Part shown: positions 12,484 to 25,357 of the stretch, in pieces
Position numbering within the stretch: position 1 is the first letter of the stretch
Layout of the letters: each line of letters opens with the position of its first letter
Assembly: GCF_964204645.1 (NCBI RefSeq)
Contig: NC_134033.1
Span: forward strand, 2,314,131 to 2,378,130
Length of the DNA stretch: 64,000 bases
Direction of reading: 5' to 3'
Origin: Tubulanus polymorphus
Lineage: Eukaryota; Animalia; Nemertea
The notes under the pieces: model-generated
Database searches by the model: none
The model's input: only the letters and a program-made list of their open reading frames with translations
What the model was told of the DNA's origin: nothing
Translations under genes and position numbers: made by a program

Positions 12484-12700
12484 CACGACCTCAATGTTAA
12501 GGTCACGCATGAAGGAGCCGAATCACGAGCGATTTCGTGAACCCCCACTAGGTGGAGCTGTAGCTTCTGTCCGTTCGAAGCGTCGGCCGCAAACTCCGAA
12601 CATTTGAAACCAAAATTCATCCTTTTCGGTGACAGACCAAGTACAGCAACGCATCAGACAAAGCCTTCCCCTTGCATTCCGTGGAGTAAATAGCTTCCAT
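12484..12700 (-). pseudogene. Possible decayed zinc-finger variable exon
   Basis: Minus strand reads FKCSE...GQKLQLHLVGVHE, with CGRRF in a shifted frame between. Confidence 0.4.
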
Positions 12701-13672
12701 CGCTGATTATAGATGGCGCTATCCTTCGGCAACTGTTGAAGACATGTCCTCGATCATCGTTTGCTAAATCACGTTCCCTCGGAAGCTATTGTAGTTTGCA
12801 ACAAGCAGACGGTCGAGATGTGGACATTGTCAGACCAGTCCTAGAGAACACAGGCTCCATAGCAGTTACAGTCAGCATTTTTTCTGAATCCAAAGACCAG
12901 TTTCCTGTATTTTCCTGAATCAACACTTCAATTCGCACGTTAAGCCGCAGAGGCCCGCATAAAATTCGTCAATAGAAATTGTAAGCAATCTCAGGAGTTT
13001 ACCTCAAAAATAGGCCGTATCTTTGGCTTGTTATAATTTTTCCCCCAAAAGTCGGCACTTTTCAGAATACACTAGACTCGCTTCAAACTCGCGAAACAGC
13101 AGAGCGAGGCTCTTGACTAACAGCAACGATCTCACAAAATTCACCGAGCTTAGAAATATAACCTAAGCCCGAATATTCTGGTACGACAACATAATCGTCA
13201 GATCTACATATCCGTCATTCGTTGGAACCATTGGAAATTAGGTCTCATATTTGGGTTACCAAATTTTGAGACTTCGGTCTCCATCTCGGGGTTTGTAGGT
13301 CTCAAGTTTCGATCAAGTCCACCCTCTTAACGTGCGTCATGTCCAGTGTGAACTTAACTTAAGTGAACTTAAGTATTTTCCTCTTGGTAAAAATCGAGAA
13401 CCTAAAATAAACAGTTTTCCATCGAAGGTTTGGATAGGATTATGAATTTGTATATCCCCGTGTAATGAGTAGATCTATTGAGGAGGCGCTCCGCGTGGAA
13501 CTCGGTGAATGGAGCCGTCCTTTCAATTTACTCCAATAAACCGAGAAGACATCGAAGGGATTAACTATTCCATCAGATGAAAAAGAACGAAAAGACTTGG
13601 GTGAAATGTGTTGACGAGAAAATTTATTTACACTTTCAAAACAAGGGTGAATTCGACACTAACACAAAATTA

Positions 13673-13674
13673 CA

Positions 13675-13768
<94 letters not shown>

Positions 13769-13923
13769 CTTAATTCGGATCACGGACTTACAAAATTCAT
13801 CCATTTTTTTTGTGGAAAATCTGGAATTAGTCATTTTCTTGTATATTAGCGAACGAATGGACTGCAAATATTGTCCGGATTAAGACCAAAATGCAAATCG
13901 AGCCGATCCGGATTAAGAGGGTT

Positions 13924-13989
<66 letters not shown>
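13673..13989. repeat. Two (TA)n microsatellites flanking a short element with inverted ends
   Basis: (TA)n at 13673-13765 and 13928-13989; inner CTTAATTCGGATC / GATCCGGATTAAG. Confidence 0.85.
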
Positions 13990-13991
<2 letters not shown>

Positions 13992-15418
13992 CCAATTACA
14001 ATTGGGATCACGATTTACAATCGAGATGAACGAACTTCGCCGTCAAAATCCTATCAAAAATAGTCTAAACCCCGCGAACGGTTTCGAATACAAACGATAC
14101 AATAACGATAATTCAGAGAAATCTTTTTAGGAAATCCATTTTCTATTTCTTTTTCTAAATGTGTGTGTGCGAAGCGCTGAATAAAAAAATGTAAATAGCG
14201 TTTAAATGCGTCGGTCGTCCGAATATTTGTACAATAACCTGTTTTTTTTTTTCTAGCGCTAGCAAAATTACGAAATCATTTCATTTACGAATTGCGAACA
14301 TAAAACATCGTTAAATTCAATTAATATCTTAATTCGTATATCATTTTTTAATAATAATATTAGAATATATTCATTTATTCTCATTTCATATAAGTATCAT
14401 ACATAACGTTTAACTATAAATGGAACCGTAACCGAACGACCAAACTCGACCAGTCCTCCGTCAAACCCACACACTTTCAAACCTCCAAAATGCTGGAGAT
14501 AATTTGAAAATTTCACCCCGGCGCATTTTATAACGGGTATATTGCATCTACCTTGCTGTGCGGTGTATAATGGACGTACTGATATATTGGATATATTGTG
14601 CCGACCTCCCGGTGTTATGAAAAAACGAAATACGCATATGTTGCATCTACCCCGCAGTGCGGCGTATCGTTTATCAGTATTTCATAATATCTGACAGATG
14701 CTGCCATCTTTCAATAGACAATTTAACTAATCAATATATACATGGATGCACCGCACTATGGGGAAGGTACTATGAAAGGTGGCTGGATTAATACACCGCA
14801 TAGCGAGGTAAATGCGCTGAAAAAGGTTGGTTTGACTCCCGAGTCCGACTGTAGAGTCATTACCAACCAATGACCGGCAGAAACTGGGTCGATTTTTAAT
14901 CATCTTTTTTTCAACAATACCAAGTAATATTATTATCTTACATATGTCATCGATATTTACAAAATTAATGGGCACTAACGAAAATAACAAATTCATCAAA
15001 ATATCAAACCGCTAATATAACAAACTCCTCAAAATATCGATCTGCTCTCCGTACAAAAGAAATTAAATTAGTTAACGAAAGTCGACCGCGTTCGGCATTT
15101 TCCTGGTAAAATTCTGCATTAGGCCTGGTCCCCTAAATCTAGATTACGCAAAATTAATTGACAATACGAAACCAACTCAAAATATAACAACAATCGCGCA
15201 AAAACCGGCTCCGAATACAGAAAACGTCGCCTAACTCGGTACAAGTTGGGACCGCACTTAAATTGGTGGAGTAAAACTAAAATCCGAGTTGAGGATTGGA
15301 AAATATGTAAACAAGTCAGAAAATAAGTCGGGAATCAAATTTGTTTCTATCAGAGTTGTCAAAAGCCGAAATTTGCAAGAATGAGTTGGACGGGAAAATT
15401 TAATTAAGAATTGATTTG

Positions 15419-16836
15419 TTAGTGGTCGATATTTTCATCGATCATCGCGCGTTCGTTCCGTTTATGTTTCTCCGACGCGTAGTGAGACTCGAGATCCTGC
15501 AGCGTACCGATCGACTCGTCGCACACCGCACACTCGAACGGTCCCTGCTGCTCGTGCGCGACGGCCATGTGTCGCATCAGATCGCGACCAGTCGTGAAAC
15601 CCTCGCCGCACGTGCCGCATTCGTAGATCATCTGAACGGCGCTCGCGTCGACCGGCGGGATCGGTAGCGTATCCGCGGCGCCGCCGAGAATGACGTGTCC
15701 GTGCGCGTCCGATTTGTGCGCGTCGAGAAGAGTCTGCCGCGTGAAATGAACGTTGCATTTGTCGCAGGAGAAAACGCGATTCAGATTTGCAAGTAATCCG
15801 TCTGCCGGAACAACAGCGTCTGCTCGTACTAATCCGTCTGCCGAGACAACAGTGTCTGCTCGTACTAATCTGTCTGCTTGTACTAATCCGTCTGCCGAGA
15901 CAACAGCCTCTGTTCGTACTAATCCGTCTGCCGAAACAACAGAGTCTGCTCGTACTAATCCGTCTGCCGAGACAACAGCGTCTGCTCGTACTAATCCGTC
16001 TGCTGAGACAACAGCGTCTGCTCGTACTAATCCACCTGCTTGTCGCGTGGGAACCTCATCCTCGCCAATACGGTTTACCGAGCTCAGTCTATGGCAGTGT
16101 TTATCGTGCTGTCGGTATTTCTCGAGCGTTTCGAACTGTTGCGCGCACGCGCGACACGAGAACGGCAACGGATCGAGCGCCGACTTCGAATGAACAAACT
16201 GAACGTGGCGTTGCAACGACACGCGATCGGTGAACGGCTTCGCGCAGATATCGCACGGCCAGATTTTCACCTTCAATCGCCCGCTGTACCGCTCGGCGTG
16301 CACGACCACCAGGTGGCGCTTCAGGTCGTATTCGCGTTGGAATTTACGCGCGCACTCCGGGCAGGCGAAGCGACGCGCGCGTTCGTGTATCCCGGCGACG
16401 TGTCGGTACGCATTCGGGCAGTGTTTGAATTCCGCGCGACAAAGGCGGCAGACGTACGAACGAACGCCGGTTACCGGGTCGACGATCGTTTCGATTTGAT
16501 CCTTCGTCGTTTGCGTGTAGGCCGTCGATTTTTTACGATCGCCGCACGACGACGACGGAATCAACGTCGCCAGATCGGTCGTCGAAGCTTTCCGATATTT
16601 TCCGTCGCATGCGTACATGACCGTTTTCTCGCGCGTCAATTTCGACGACGACGGATTCCGCGACACGTGAACGTCGTGCGCGGCGGTCAGGTGATCCTTC
16701 AAGGCGCCGCGCGATACGAAATAATCGCGACACAGCGGACACCGTACACTGATCCGCGTCGTCGATCCGTTCGCCGAACCCTCGTCACCGGAACCGTCCG
16801 TTTCGTTTCCATGTCGTTTCGAAGGCTCAACGGAAC
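15419..16836 (-). CDS. Variable terminal exon V4 (8 C2H2 fingers, internal 12-aa repeat)
   Basis: Acceptor TCATTTCAG|GT (phase 1); first finger CPLCRDYFVSRGALKDHLTAAH begins upstream of the track's ORF start; stop at 15419. Confidence 0.88.
15790..16040 (-). repeat. In-frame 36-bp coding minisatellite (GLVRADAVVSAD, about 7 units)
   Basis: Unit CTCGTACTAATCCGTCTGCCGAGACAACAGCGTCTG on + strand. Confidence 0.9.
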
Positions 16837-17192
16837 CTGAAATGACAGGAAACTAGAAAATAAATATCACGGTTCGCACCAACGCAATGTGTATAGCTTT
16901 ATAGCCTCAAAATGGCTGCCAGGCAGTGACAAGGGTTTTAACCGTGTGACGAGGGTTTTCTAAATAATCTAAAAATTTCAATAAAAGCCAACTTAAGTTT
17001 TTTAATTACATATTCTAACTTTCTTTAAAATTATTAGACCAATGCACCATTTATAACTACTATTCCTCGATGAGGGGAAAATTTCAAGTTCGCCGGGAAA
17101 AATTTTTTCAATTTTGACTGAAAAGGAATGACTGAACTGATCGCGATCGAAAAATCCCGAGCTCGTTAAAAACAGTCACCGCACCTGATGAC

Positions 17193-18529
17193 TTACTCCT
17201 GATCGCCTGGCGACGGTTCCACTGGCTGCTCACAGATGGAGCCGTCGTCTTGCTGCATGACGTAAATAATCTGCGGTTGTTGCTGATTCGGGTCGGTCTG
17301 CTCAGAGATTGCGGTTGCGTCGGCAACGTTGCCGCCGTTATTAACCTCGTCCAGCTGCACGGCCGACGCAATAATCGACAGCAACTGCTGCTTGGCGTCG
17401 TCGTCGATATCCATATCCTCGGTCGCCGCGGCCGAGATCGTCTCGATACCGTCGCCGCCGTCCTCCGACTTCACGTAACCGACGGAAACCGGTTCGAAGT
17501 GGTGCATCTTCAACAGCTCGTCCTGCGTCAGCGGCTCGTCGCTCGTCTTCGACGTCACCGTCTGGTGCCGCGCGCTCAACAGGTGGCGCTTCAGGTCGTG
17601 TTTCTGCGCGAACGTCTTGCCGCACACGTAGCACATGAAATGGCGTTTGCCCTCGTGTACGTTGCGTTTGTGGCGCGTCAGGTTCGTTTCGGCGTTGAAC
17701 ACCTTTTCGCACTGGTCGCACGCGAACTTCTCCGAGTCCTCGACGTGCTGTCGCAGGATGTGCGACTTCAGGTCGTCCTCGCGCGAGTACTCCTTACCGC
17801 AATGGCCGCACACGAAGTCGCGTATATCCGTGTGTATCGACTTGTTGTGGCGTTCGAGGTTGCGTTTCGAGTAGAACGTCTGCAGACAGATGCCGCACGC
17901 GTAAACCTTGGCCGTGCCGTCCGCGTTGTGCGTGTTCTTCAAATGCCGGTTGAGGTCTTCGTTGCGTTTGAACGACTTGTTGCAGTCGGCGCGCGGGCAC
18001 GGGTAGTTGCGCTCCTGCTGGTGAACGGTGGACATGTGGCGCTGGACGTTGCGCGGCGAGTGGAACAACTTGCCGCAAACGTCGCACGGGTGATCGGCGA
18101 CGCGCGTCGCGCCGTCGACCGGGTGGCAGTTTTTGCGATGCGCCGTCAGGTAGTCGGAACGCAGGAACGTTTTCGCACAGATGTCGCACATCAACGAGTA
18201 CGTCTTCTCGTGGAAGCCCTCGACGTGACGAATCAACGAACGCTTCAACTTGAACGTGCGGTCGCAGCCCTCGTACGTGCACGACCAGAACTCGTCGGGC
18301 ACCGGCGCGACGCCGTGCGCCGTCTCGCGGTGTTTAACGTACGCGGCGCGATCGGTGAACCGCTCGTCGCAGTCGGCGCAACGCAAGTCGACGTTGTGGT
18401 CGATTTTGATGTGCGTTTCGAGCGATTGCTCGAGCGTGAATTTTTTCGGACACTCGGGACAGTAGTGCGTCGACAACGCGGCGAGCACGCGCTGCTTTAC
18501 TTGTTTGTCTTTCTCTTCGCGGCTCAGCT
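17193..18529 (-). CDS. Variable terminal exon V3 (10 C2H2 fingers)
   Basis: Acceptor TCTTTACAG|AG (phase 1); ten CxxC..HxxxxH-type units from CPECPKKF to CYVCGKTFAQKHDLKRH. Confidence 0.9.
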
Positions 18530-19707
18530 CTGTAAAGACACAGTAGAACCTCATGTTAGTAAATTATGATATCAATAATCAGATCATTTTTATCAATCGG
18601 GAACTGATTAGGTTTGACCCGACTACTTTGTAGCTTTCCCCGGAAAAGAGAGTAAATTTACATCAAAAATCGTAGTCTTATAGCAAATGAACTAGAAATC
18701 ATTCTGATTTTGAGAGTATTTTGGAAGTCTTGGGAGTGAATGACTTTTCAGCCTTCATACTCAATGTGCAATCATTAATTTTTCCTTTATTCAATTTTTT
18801 CATGTCAATCACAATTAATCAATCAATCAATCAATTTCAGGGTTAAGTTCAGAATCGGGGCATTAATTTGGGCGACACACATTTCAACCTTTTAGATATC
18901 GCGGTCAACCAAAAATATGTGTCGGCATAAAACATGAGGTTCTACCATATCTCGTAAACCATTCGTAGTAATCAACTTCACGCCGATAGGAAAAAAAAAA
19001 ATATATATATATCTCATTAACGGATAATTCTGAATTTCTAAACGCAGACCGATACTTTGTAAACGTTGATACTCGTAAAAACACACAATCTAAAAAAAAA
19101 CTCGAAATCATTCTGACGAACAAGAAATCAAAATTATGAATATGAAACTAGAAATCTTGACTAAAATCTGTACACATCAAATTCATAACTGTCAAACTGC
19201 AAATATGTATATTGAAAAAAAGGGGGAAAAAAAAAACTCGAAATCTTGTCAAACCTTGACAAAAACTAAATAAATTCTGCAAATCTAGATTATATACGCG
19301 TCAAAACTCGAACTCTACGTCATCAACGGTCTTTCGAAACATTAAGTAGACATGTTCATTACTCTACAGTCAGTTGTATCTCATCATTCTCTATTCATTA
19401 GCGCCAGGAAAACTGCGTCCGCGTCTGCGGCGCGCCGGGGACCGTTGCGCAAACAACTTAAGCCTGTTTTTACTGACGAGTTTATTTTGATAACGGCGCT
19501 GAAAATGAATTCCTCGATATCCGGGAAATCCGGACCCAATAATTGGCAAAAAAAAATAATCTGGAATTCTGAAGAAATCCGGCGATGTGGTAACTGTGTG
19601 AAAATCTAGCTCGCGAAATTTTCTTCTCGGAAGCCTTGTTGTCTTTAGCCTTACTCACTTTCAAAGTTATTTTCGTCGCCGCTTTTACAAAAATGAATCC
19701 ACGAGTT

Positions 19708-21032
19708 CTACTTCGTGTCGACAATTTGCCGTACGATCTGCTGTATATTCTCCGCCGCCTGCTCCTCGTCCATTTCCTCCTCCTCCACCGCCACCTCGTC
19801 GTCGTCCTCGATCTCCTGCTTCGGCGTGCGAACGTAAATGACCTTCGGCTTGTGTTTCTTGCGGTAGTGCGTCTGCAGCTGGTCGGTGCGGTTGAAATTC
19901 TCGCCGCACGCGTCGCAGATCAGCTGCCGCGCGCCCTCGTGTATCGTCGCCAGGTGGCGCTCTAAACCGCGCGTCGACGAGAACTCCTTGTCGCAGATGT
20001 AGCAGACGGGCCGGTCGGAGGTGTCGTCGTACTCCAACGCCTCGTCGGCGTAATCGACCGGCGCTCCCGGTTCGAGGTGCTCGTTCAGGAAATGCCGGTT
20101 CAACGCGATCGGGTCGCCGTACGCCTGCTGGCATTCCGCGCAGTTGTGCTCGGCGTCGTTAGCGCTCTTGTGTTCGGCGTACAGATGCTTCAACGCGTCG
20201 TCGATCTTCGAGAACGCGAGACCGCAGATTTTACAGATGACCGTGCAGTCGTCGGTGAACACGGACGTCGCGTACGCGAAATCGTCGCCGAACAATTTCT
20301 TCAAGTGTTCCTCCGAGCGCAGATGCGCAAGGAGTATGTCGCGCGTGAGGAACCCGACGCGACACAACGTGCAGCCGAGCACCTTCTGGTGCGTCGCCTC
20401 GTGCGCGTCGAGCTCGGCCTGCGTGCCGAACCGGTGCCGGCAACTCGCGAAGTTACACGCGAACTTGAAATCCTCGGAGAAGCTGCGCTTGGCGCCGGGG
20501 AACACGCCGACCGACTCGTCGTTGTCGTGTTGCGCGGCGAGATGCCGCATCAGCTGCGGCTTACGACGGAACGCGATGCCGCAGCTGCGACAGCCGTACG
20601 GCCGCACCTGCAGGTGTTTCTCCATCACGTGGCGGTCCTTGTTCGTCGCGTTGTCGTAGATCTTGCCGCAGAACTCGCACGTGCACCGCGTCACCGAGCG
20701 GTACTCGCCGACCGGCGCGCGTTTACGCCTGACGATCTTCTCGCCGGCGAGCGTGTCCTCCTCGTGCGCGGCGAGCAGGTGCTCGACGAGGTATTCCTTG
20801 CGTTTGAACGACATCGCGCAGTGCTCGCAGTCGTACGCCGGCGTCGCCGCCGGTTCGTGTACCTCGCGCACGTGGCGTTTACAATTGAACAGCGTCGTGA
20901 ACGTTTTCTCGCAGTACGTGCACTTCGTGGTCGTGTTGCGTCGCGACGGCACGGTCGGAGTCCGAGGCGGAGTCCGCGTCGCCGAGTCACCCGATGACGA
21001 ACGTAGTTTCATTAGGATTTTTTGCGTAAGAC
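19708..21032 (-). CDS. Variable terminal exon V2 (10 C2H2 fingers)
   Basis: Acceptor TCTTTCCAG|GT (phase 1), GLTQKILMKLRSS...; ten fingers and an acidic tail. Confidence 0.88.
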
Positions 21033-21469
21033 CTGGAAAGACAGGGAAGAGCGTTTGTTTTTAGTTTTTTTTTCTTTTTGCACCGATTTTGTGTTTCTCT
21101 TAAAATCCCGAAATATAAATCGGGCGTGTAATTTTTTCGCGGGGGACGTGGACCGAATCGAAACCCGAGACGGCGGGAAATATTTCGGGGGATTTTTCTC
21201 ATTTCAATATCTAAATTTTCGAACAAAGTTTACTCTTCACCTGTCGTTTCCAGGAACGAAAAAAAAAGAAGACGAAGTCAGCTGAAATTTTGAAAGTCAC
21301 GAACGCCGGGTCGACTCGCTGAATACGGGTCATCACGGATTTACGCAGTTGTGATAAATCTTACCCACGAGAAATTTCTCATCATAACCGGAAAAAAGAT
21401 GATGTTTGATGCGCTCCGACTTGGAAAATGATTTATATCTTGGCATCCCGGAAAATGGTCTTAGATCTT

Positions 21470-21885
21470 AAGACTGGTCGTAAGCTGTTTGATTGGCTAT
21501 AGAACCAAGATGAACTTAAGACTAGTCGTAAGCTGTTTGATTGGCTATAGAACCAAGATGAACTTAGACTGGTCGTAAGCTGTTTGATTGGCTATAGAAC
21601 CAAGATGAACTTAAGACTGGTCGTAAGCTGTTTGATTGGCTATAGAACCAAGATGAACTTAAGACTGGTCGTAAGCTGTTTGATTGGCTATAGAACCAAG
21701 ATGAACTTAGACTGGTCGTAAGCTGTTTGATTGGCTATAGAACCAAGATGAACTTAAGACTGGTCGTAAGCTGTTTGATTGGCTATAGAACCAAGATGAA
21801 CTTAAGACTGGTCGTAAGCTTTTTGATTGGCTATAGAACCAAGATGAACTTAAGTCTGGTCTTAAGTTGTTAGATTGGCTATGAT
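21470..21885. repeat. 48-bp minisatellite, about 8 copies, related to the dispersed repeat at 25950-26150
   Basis: Unit AAGACTGGTCGTAAGCTGTTTGATTGGCTATAGAACCAAGATGAACTT. Confidence 0.93.
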
Positions 21886-23074
21886 TGCCAAGGTTTTACA
21901 GTCTTAACAACTCAAGACTAGTCTCAACTCATTTTGGTTCTATAGCTACCGCTTTGGAACCAAAATGAGTTAAGACTGGTCTTAAGTTGTTTAGGCTGTA
22001 AAACCTCAATCATTTTAAAATAGTCTCAAATCCAGCGCCGGGAGGCTCAGTTGCAGTCAGGACTTCCAAAGCCTAAGTACGGTCTTTCATTTAACTGCTA
22101 CACGTAGAGATTGGCTAAAGAACCACGTTAGACACGGTTTTAAATCTTAGCCAGTCGCTGCGCTAACTGAATCCAGGAATCGCAACAAATATCAATCATC
22201 GGGAATCACGACTTTTCTCGTTAAGACAGAGTTAACCATAGATTCAAATAGATATTGCGCACACGCGGGTAAACATTTTTATATTTTTAAGTACACTTTT
22301 TTATTTTCCTGTAAATGATTCTTTTTTTTTTGTTACATTCGAGAATAAATCGAACTCGGTCGGTCGATCCGGAACTACTATATATAAGACATGCAAAAAA
22401 TGCAAAAATTGCTCTCTCGCTCTGTTCTGTCCAGCCCGCCCGCCCTCCCTCCTCGTAAAATAAATAAATAGTGACAACATGTATACAAAAGATATTCAGG
22501 ACTAGCGTTCATAAAAATGATATGATTAAAATGGAGCTCGTTGCTGCTACGGGGGCCAAGTGCTCAAATTGTTCGTGGCTTTCATCGACATTTCACGATT
22601 AAAATTGAATCAAATTGTTTTTGACATCGAGTAAATGATCAGTCAGCAATTTTAACACCGACCAAATATTAAGAGTAAAGTTTTTTCACTCTATTTGGAT
22701 TCGCATTTCAAAGTTGATCACCGAGGTTCATATGAAAATTGGGGCTACATTTGCTCAAAAAATGGTTCGAGTCCGAACGTCGACGTAGCGACAATTCGAA
22801 GTTCATCGTTATTACGACATTCATTCGTCGTTTATCTCGAGTCGATGAGCCCCCGATTCCGATGGAAAAAATCACGACGCCATCTGGTGACGGACCGCCC
22901 GAATCGTAACAAGCCCCATTTTCAACGCAGGGAATAAAAACATTGAATTCAATTCGAACACGAGATGAAGACGAAAATCGTTTTGAGAACGAGACAAAAA
23001 ATGCGGCTAAAATTTTCCGAAAAGTTTTTCTTTTTTTATCCGAGAAAATCTTCGCGATAACCTCTGCGGGGATC

Positions 23075-23616
23075 CTACGACTGGGCCAACATCAGATCGA
23101 TGTGCGGATCGAAATCCGGTGGCGGGAGATTCTCATTCGAGAAAACCATCGCGGCTGCGGCATTAGACGTAGGTGGTGGCGCCACCGAGCGAGTAATGGC
23201 AGACGTACCGTCCGTCTGCTGGTGCGCGATCAGAGCGGACGGCGACGCGACGACCGCCGGCGCCGACGTCGTTACGCCGAGCGCGCTGCCCGAACAATGT
23301 CTCGACTGGTGGCGTTTCAGATTGAACGACTGGCCGAAGCTCTTTCCGCAGCCGTTACAATGGAACTTACGCACGCCGACGTGCACGGTCATGTGATGTC
23401 GGCGCATCGTGTGTAAATGCATGAACGACTGTCCGCAGTGATTGCAGTAGTAAAGCGACGCCGGGTCGACGCCACGTTTCGCAGCGATGCCGCGTTTCGT
23501 CGCCGATTTACGCGGCGTCGTCGTCTGGCCGCGGACGCCGCCGTCTGCTGCTGCCGTCAATAGCCGACCGTCGCCGCCGCCCTGGTGGTGGTAGTAACGT
23601 GCCATCGGATCGGCCC
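23075..23616 (-). CDS. Variable terminal exon V1, most proximal (2 fingers)
   Basis: Acceptor TACTTGCAG|GG (phase 1); CNHCGQSFMHLHTMRRHHMTVH and CNGCGKSFGQSFNLKRHQSRHC. Confidence 0.85.
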
Positions 23617-24814
23617 CTGCAAGTAGAGGCAAGAGACGAACGATCAGATCAGTTGACACAAACACGGGCAGCAGACGAGCGTGGTCAGCCAGCAGACGGA
23701 CTGGTTAACGGGCAGACGGGCTGGTCAGCTGGCAGACGACAGGACCATTCAATTCCAAGAGCAGACGGACTTGGCTTAAAAAAGCCGGTGGACCGCTCGG
23801 CAGACGCATTACCCGAAGAAATAGTCCAAGCTTAGAAATCTCAGACCGGGAACAGCTACTGAACCCGCCAGCACATTAGGCCTATAAATTAGTCAAAAGG
23901 GAAGACTGACCGGCCAACGACCAGTCGACTTACAACGAAGTCCCAAGAAATTCCTTCTTAAATTGAGACAAGATTTCGAATTCATCTTAAACCGCCGCGC
24001 GGCGAAATCGAATTCCATTTCGGATTCGAAATTCCGATGACCGAAAGAAACTTCAAAATATTCGGGAAAAAAAAAAACGGAAATATTTCCCGGCGCCCAC
24101 TCGAAAATCATTACGAAAACCGACGACGACGAAAACGTTATTTCCGAACCTGGAAACTTTTAAAATGACAGGATTTTTCTCCGTTTTGAGTTCGAAACTT
24201 TTTATCCATTTTACACAGGTTGACATATACACAAAATACAAAATCGAAAGCAGTATTTTTTACTTTGAGTGTCATCTAGAAAATGATCCTAGGGTCCCTG
24301 ATATGCCAAATGAAACTACAACCCTCAACCTGAGAATGAGTTCTGAACAAATTTCGTATCCAAAGAATCAAAGTTGAAGAGAATTGGCCGCATTTTTTAG
24401 TAGTTTGAACTTTCGAGTTCGGCAAAAATACTGCTTCGGAATAGAATATGCTCAGAAATTTCACATTGCGGTTTGAATGAAGACTTTAGGAGCGGAGGAC
24501 AGTTTTATGATAAATTCGATTCTCTTCATGACTTTCCGATGACCTTCCAGCATTTGAACACGATTCTTCCGAAACTGAACTCTCAGGTAGGAAGTCGGAC
24601 AGAGGAGTAGACGGGTGGGGAGAGGAGGCTCATTAAGAGAGGAGAGGGAAAAAAATGAGAGGGAAACAGAGAGTTCAAATGAAACTTTCGTTTTCGAATT
24701 CAAATTTTGTCTAATTTTTCGAGAACAAACTGGTCGTAAAATTTCCGAGCATTTTTTAAAAGAAGACTTTACGAGAAGATTTTTTATTTTGGTAAAAAGT
24801 TATCGAGTACGCAC

Positions 24815-25357
24815 CTGCTAGATTGTGACTGGTTCCGGGCTGCGGTTCCTGACTGTCGCTCCACGACGACTGCGTGTCCAAACCGGTCTGCTCCAACGCG
24901 GCGAAACTGTTATCAGCGGTCGTCACGGCCGACGCGTACGTCGACACGTCCGCCGTCTGCATAGCAACGCGTCGACGCTGCGGCGTCTGCTGATACGCGG
25001 TCGGCGTCATCGCGTTGCTGCCCGACGTTTTGCGTTTGCGGCCGCCGCGCGACACGGCGGCTGCCGCCGATTTTTGTCCGCGCGTCATCAGTTTTTGTTG
25101 CTCGGCGCCCGACGGTTCGTTTTTGATATTTTGCACGATGCGGTTGACGATGTTGTCCTTTTTATTGTTCGTCGTCGACGACGATTCGCCTACGCTGAAT
25201 TCGCCTTCCTGCCACGCGATGTCGCCCTCCTCGGCGGCACCCGGGTATTCCGGTTTAGTCGTGTATTCGTGGTCCTGGCTCTGATTTTCGAGGTCCATCA
25301 CCTCGTTGATGGCGGTTTGCGCCGTCGCCTGAAATTCTTCGTTGTCATATTCCTCGC
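24815..25357 (-). CDS. Last constant exon of the zinc-finger locus (acidic / low-complexity linker)
   Basis: Acceptor TTTTTCCAG|GC, donor GCAG|GTGCGT (phase 1), 543 nt; contains IKNE (SUMO consensus) and RKRK (NLS-like). Confidence 0.8.

Noticed and set aside
13577-14130. (YI)n ORFs
   Set aside because: Products of (TA)n microsatellites.
16040-20997. Long plus-strand ORFs (16040-16840, 17250-18569, 20077-20997)
   Set aside because: They are antisense shadows of GC3-rich zinc-finger exons, with no recognisable domains.
2342-23616. Ten independent zinc-finger genes, or one long multi-exon protein
   Set aside because: Each block ends in a stop, several have no usable ATG, and all share the same acceptor phase; only transcripts can fully exclude independent genes.
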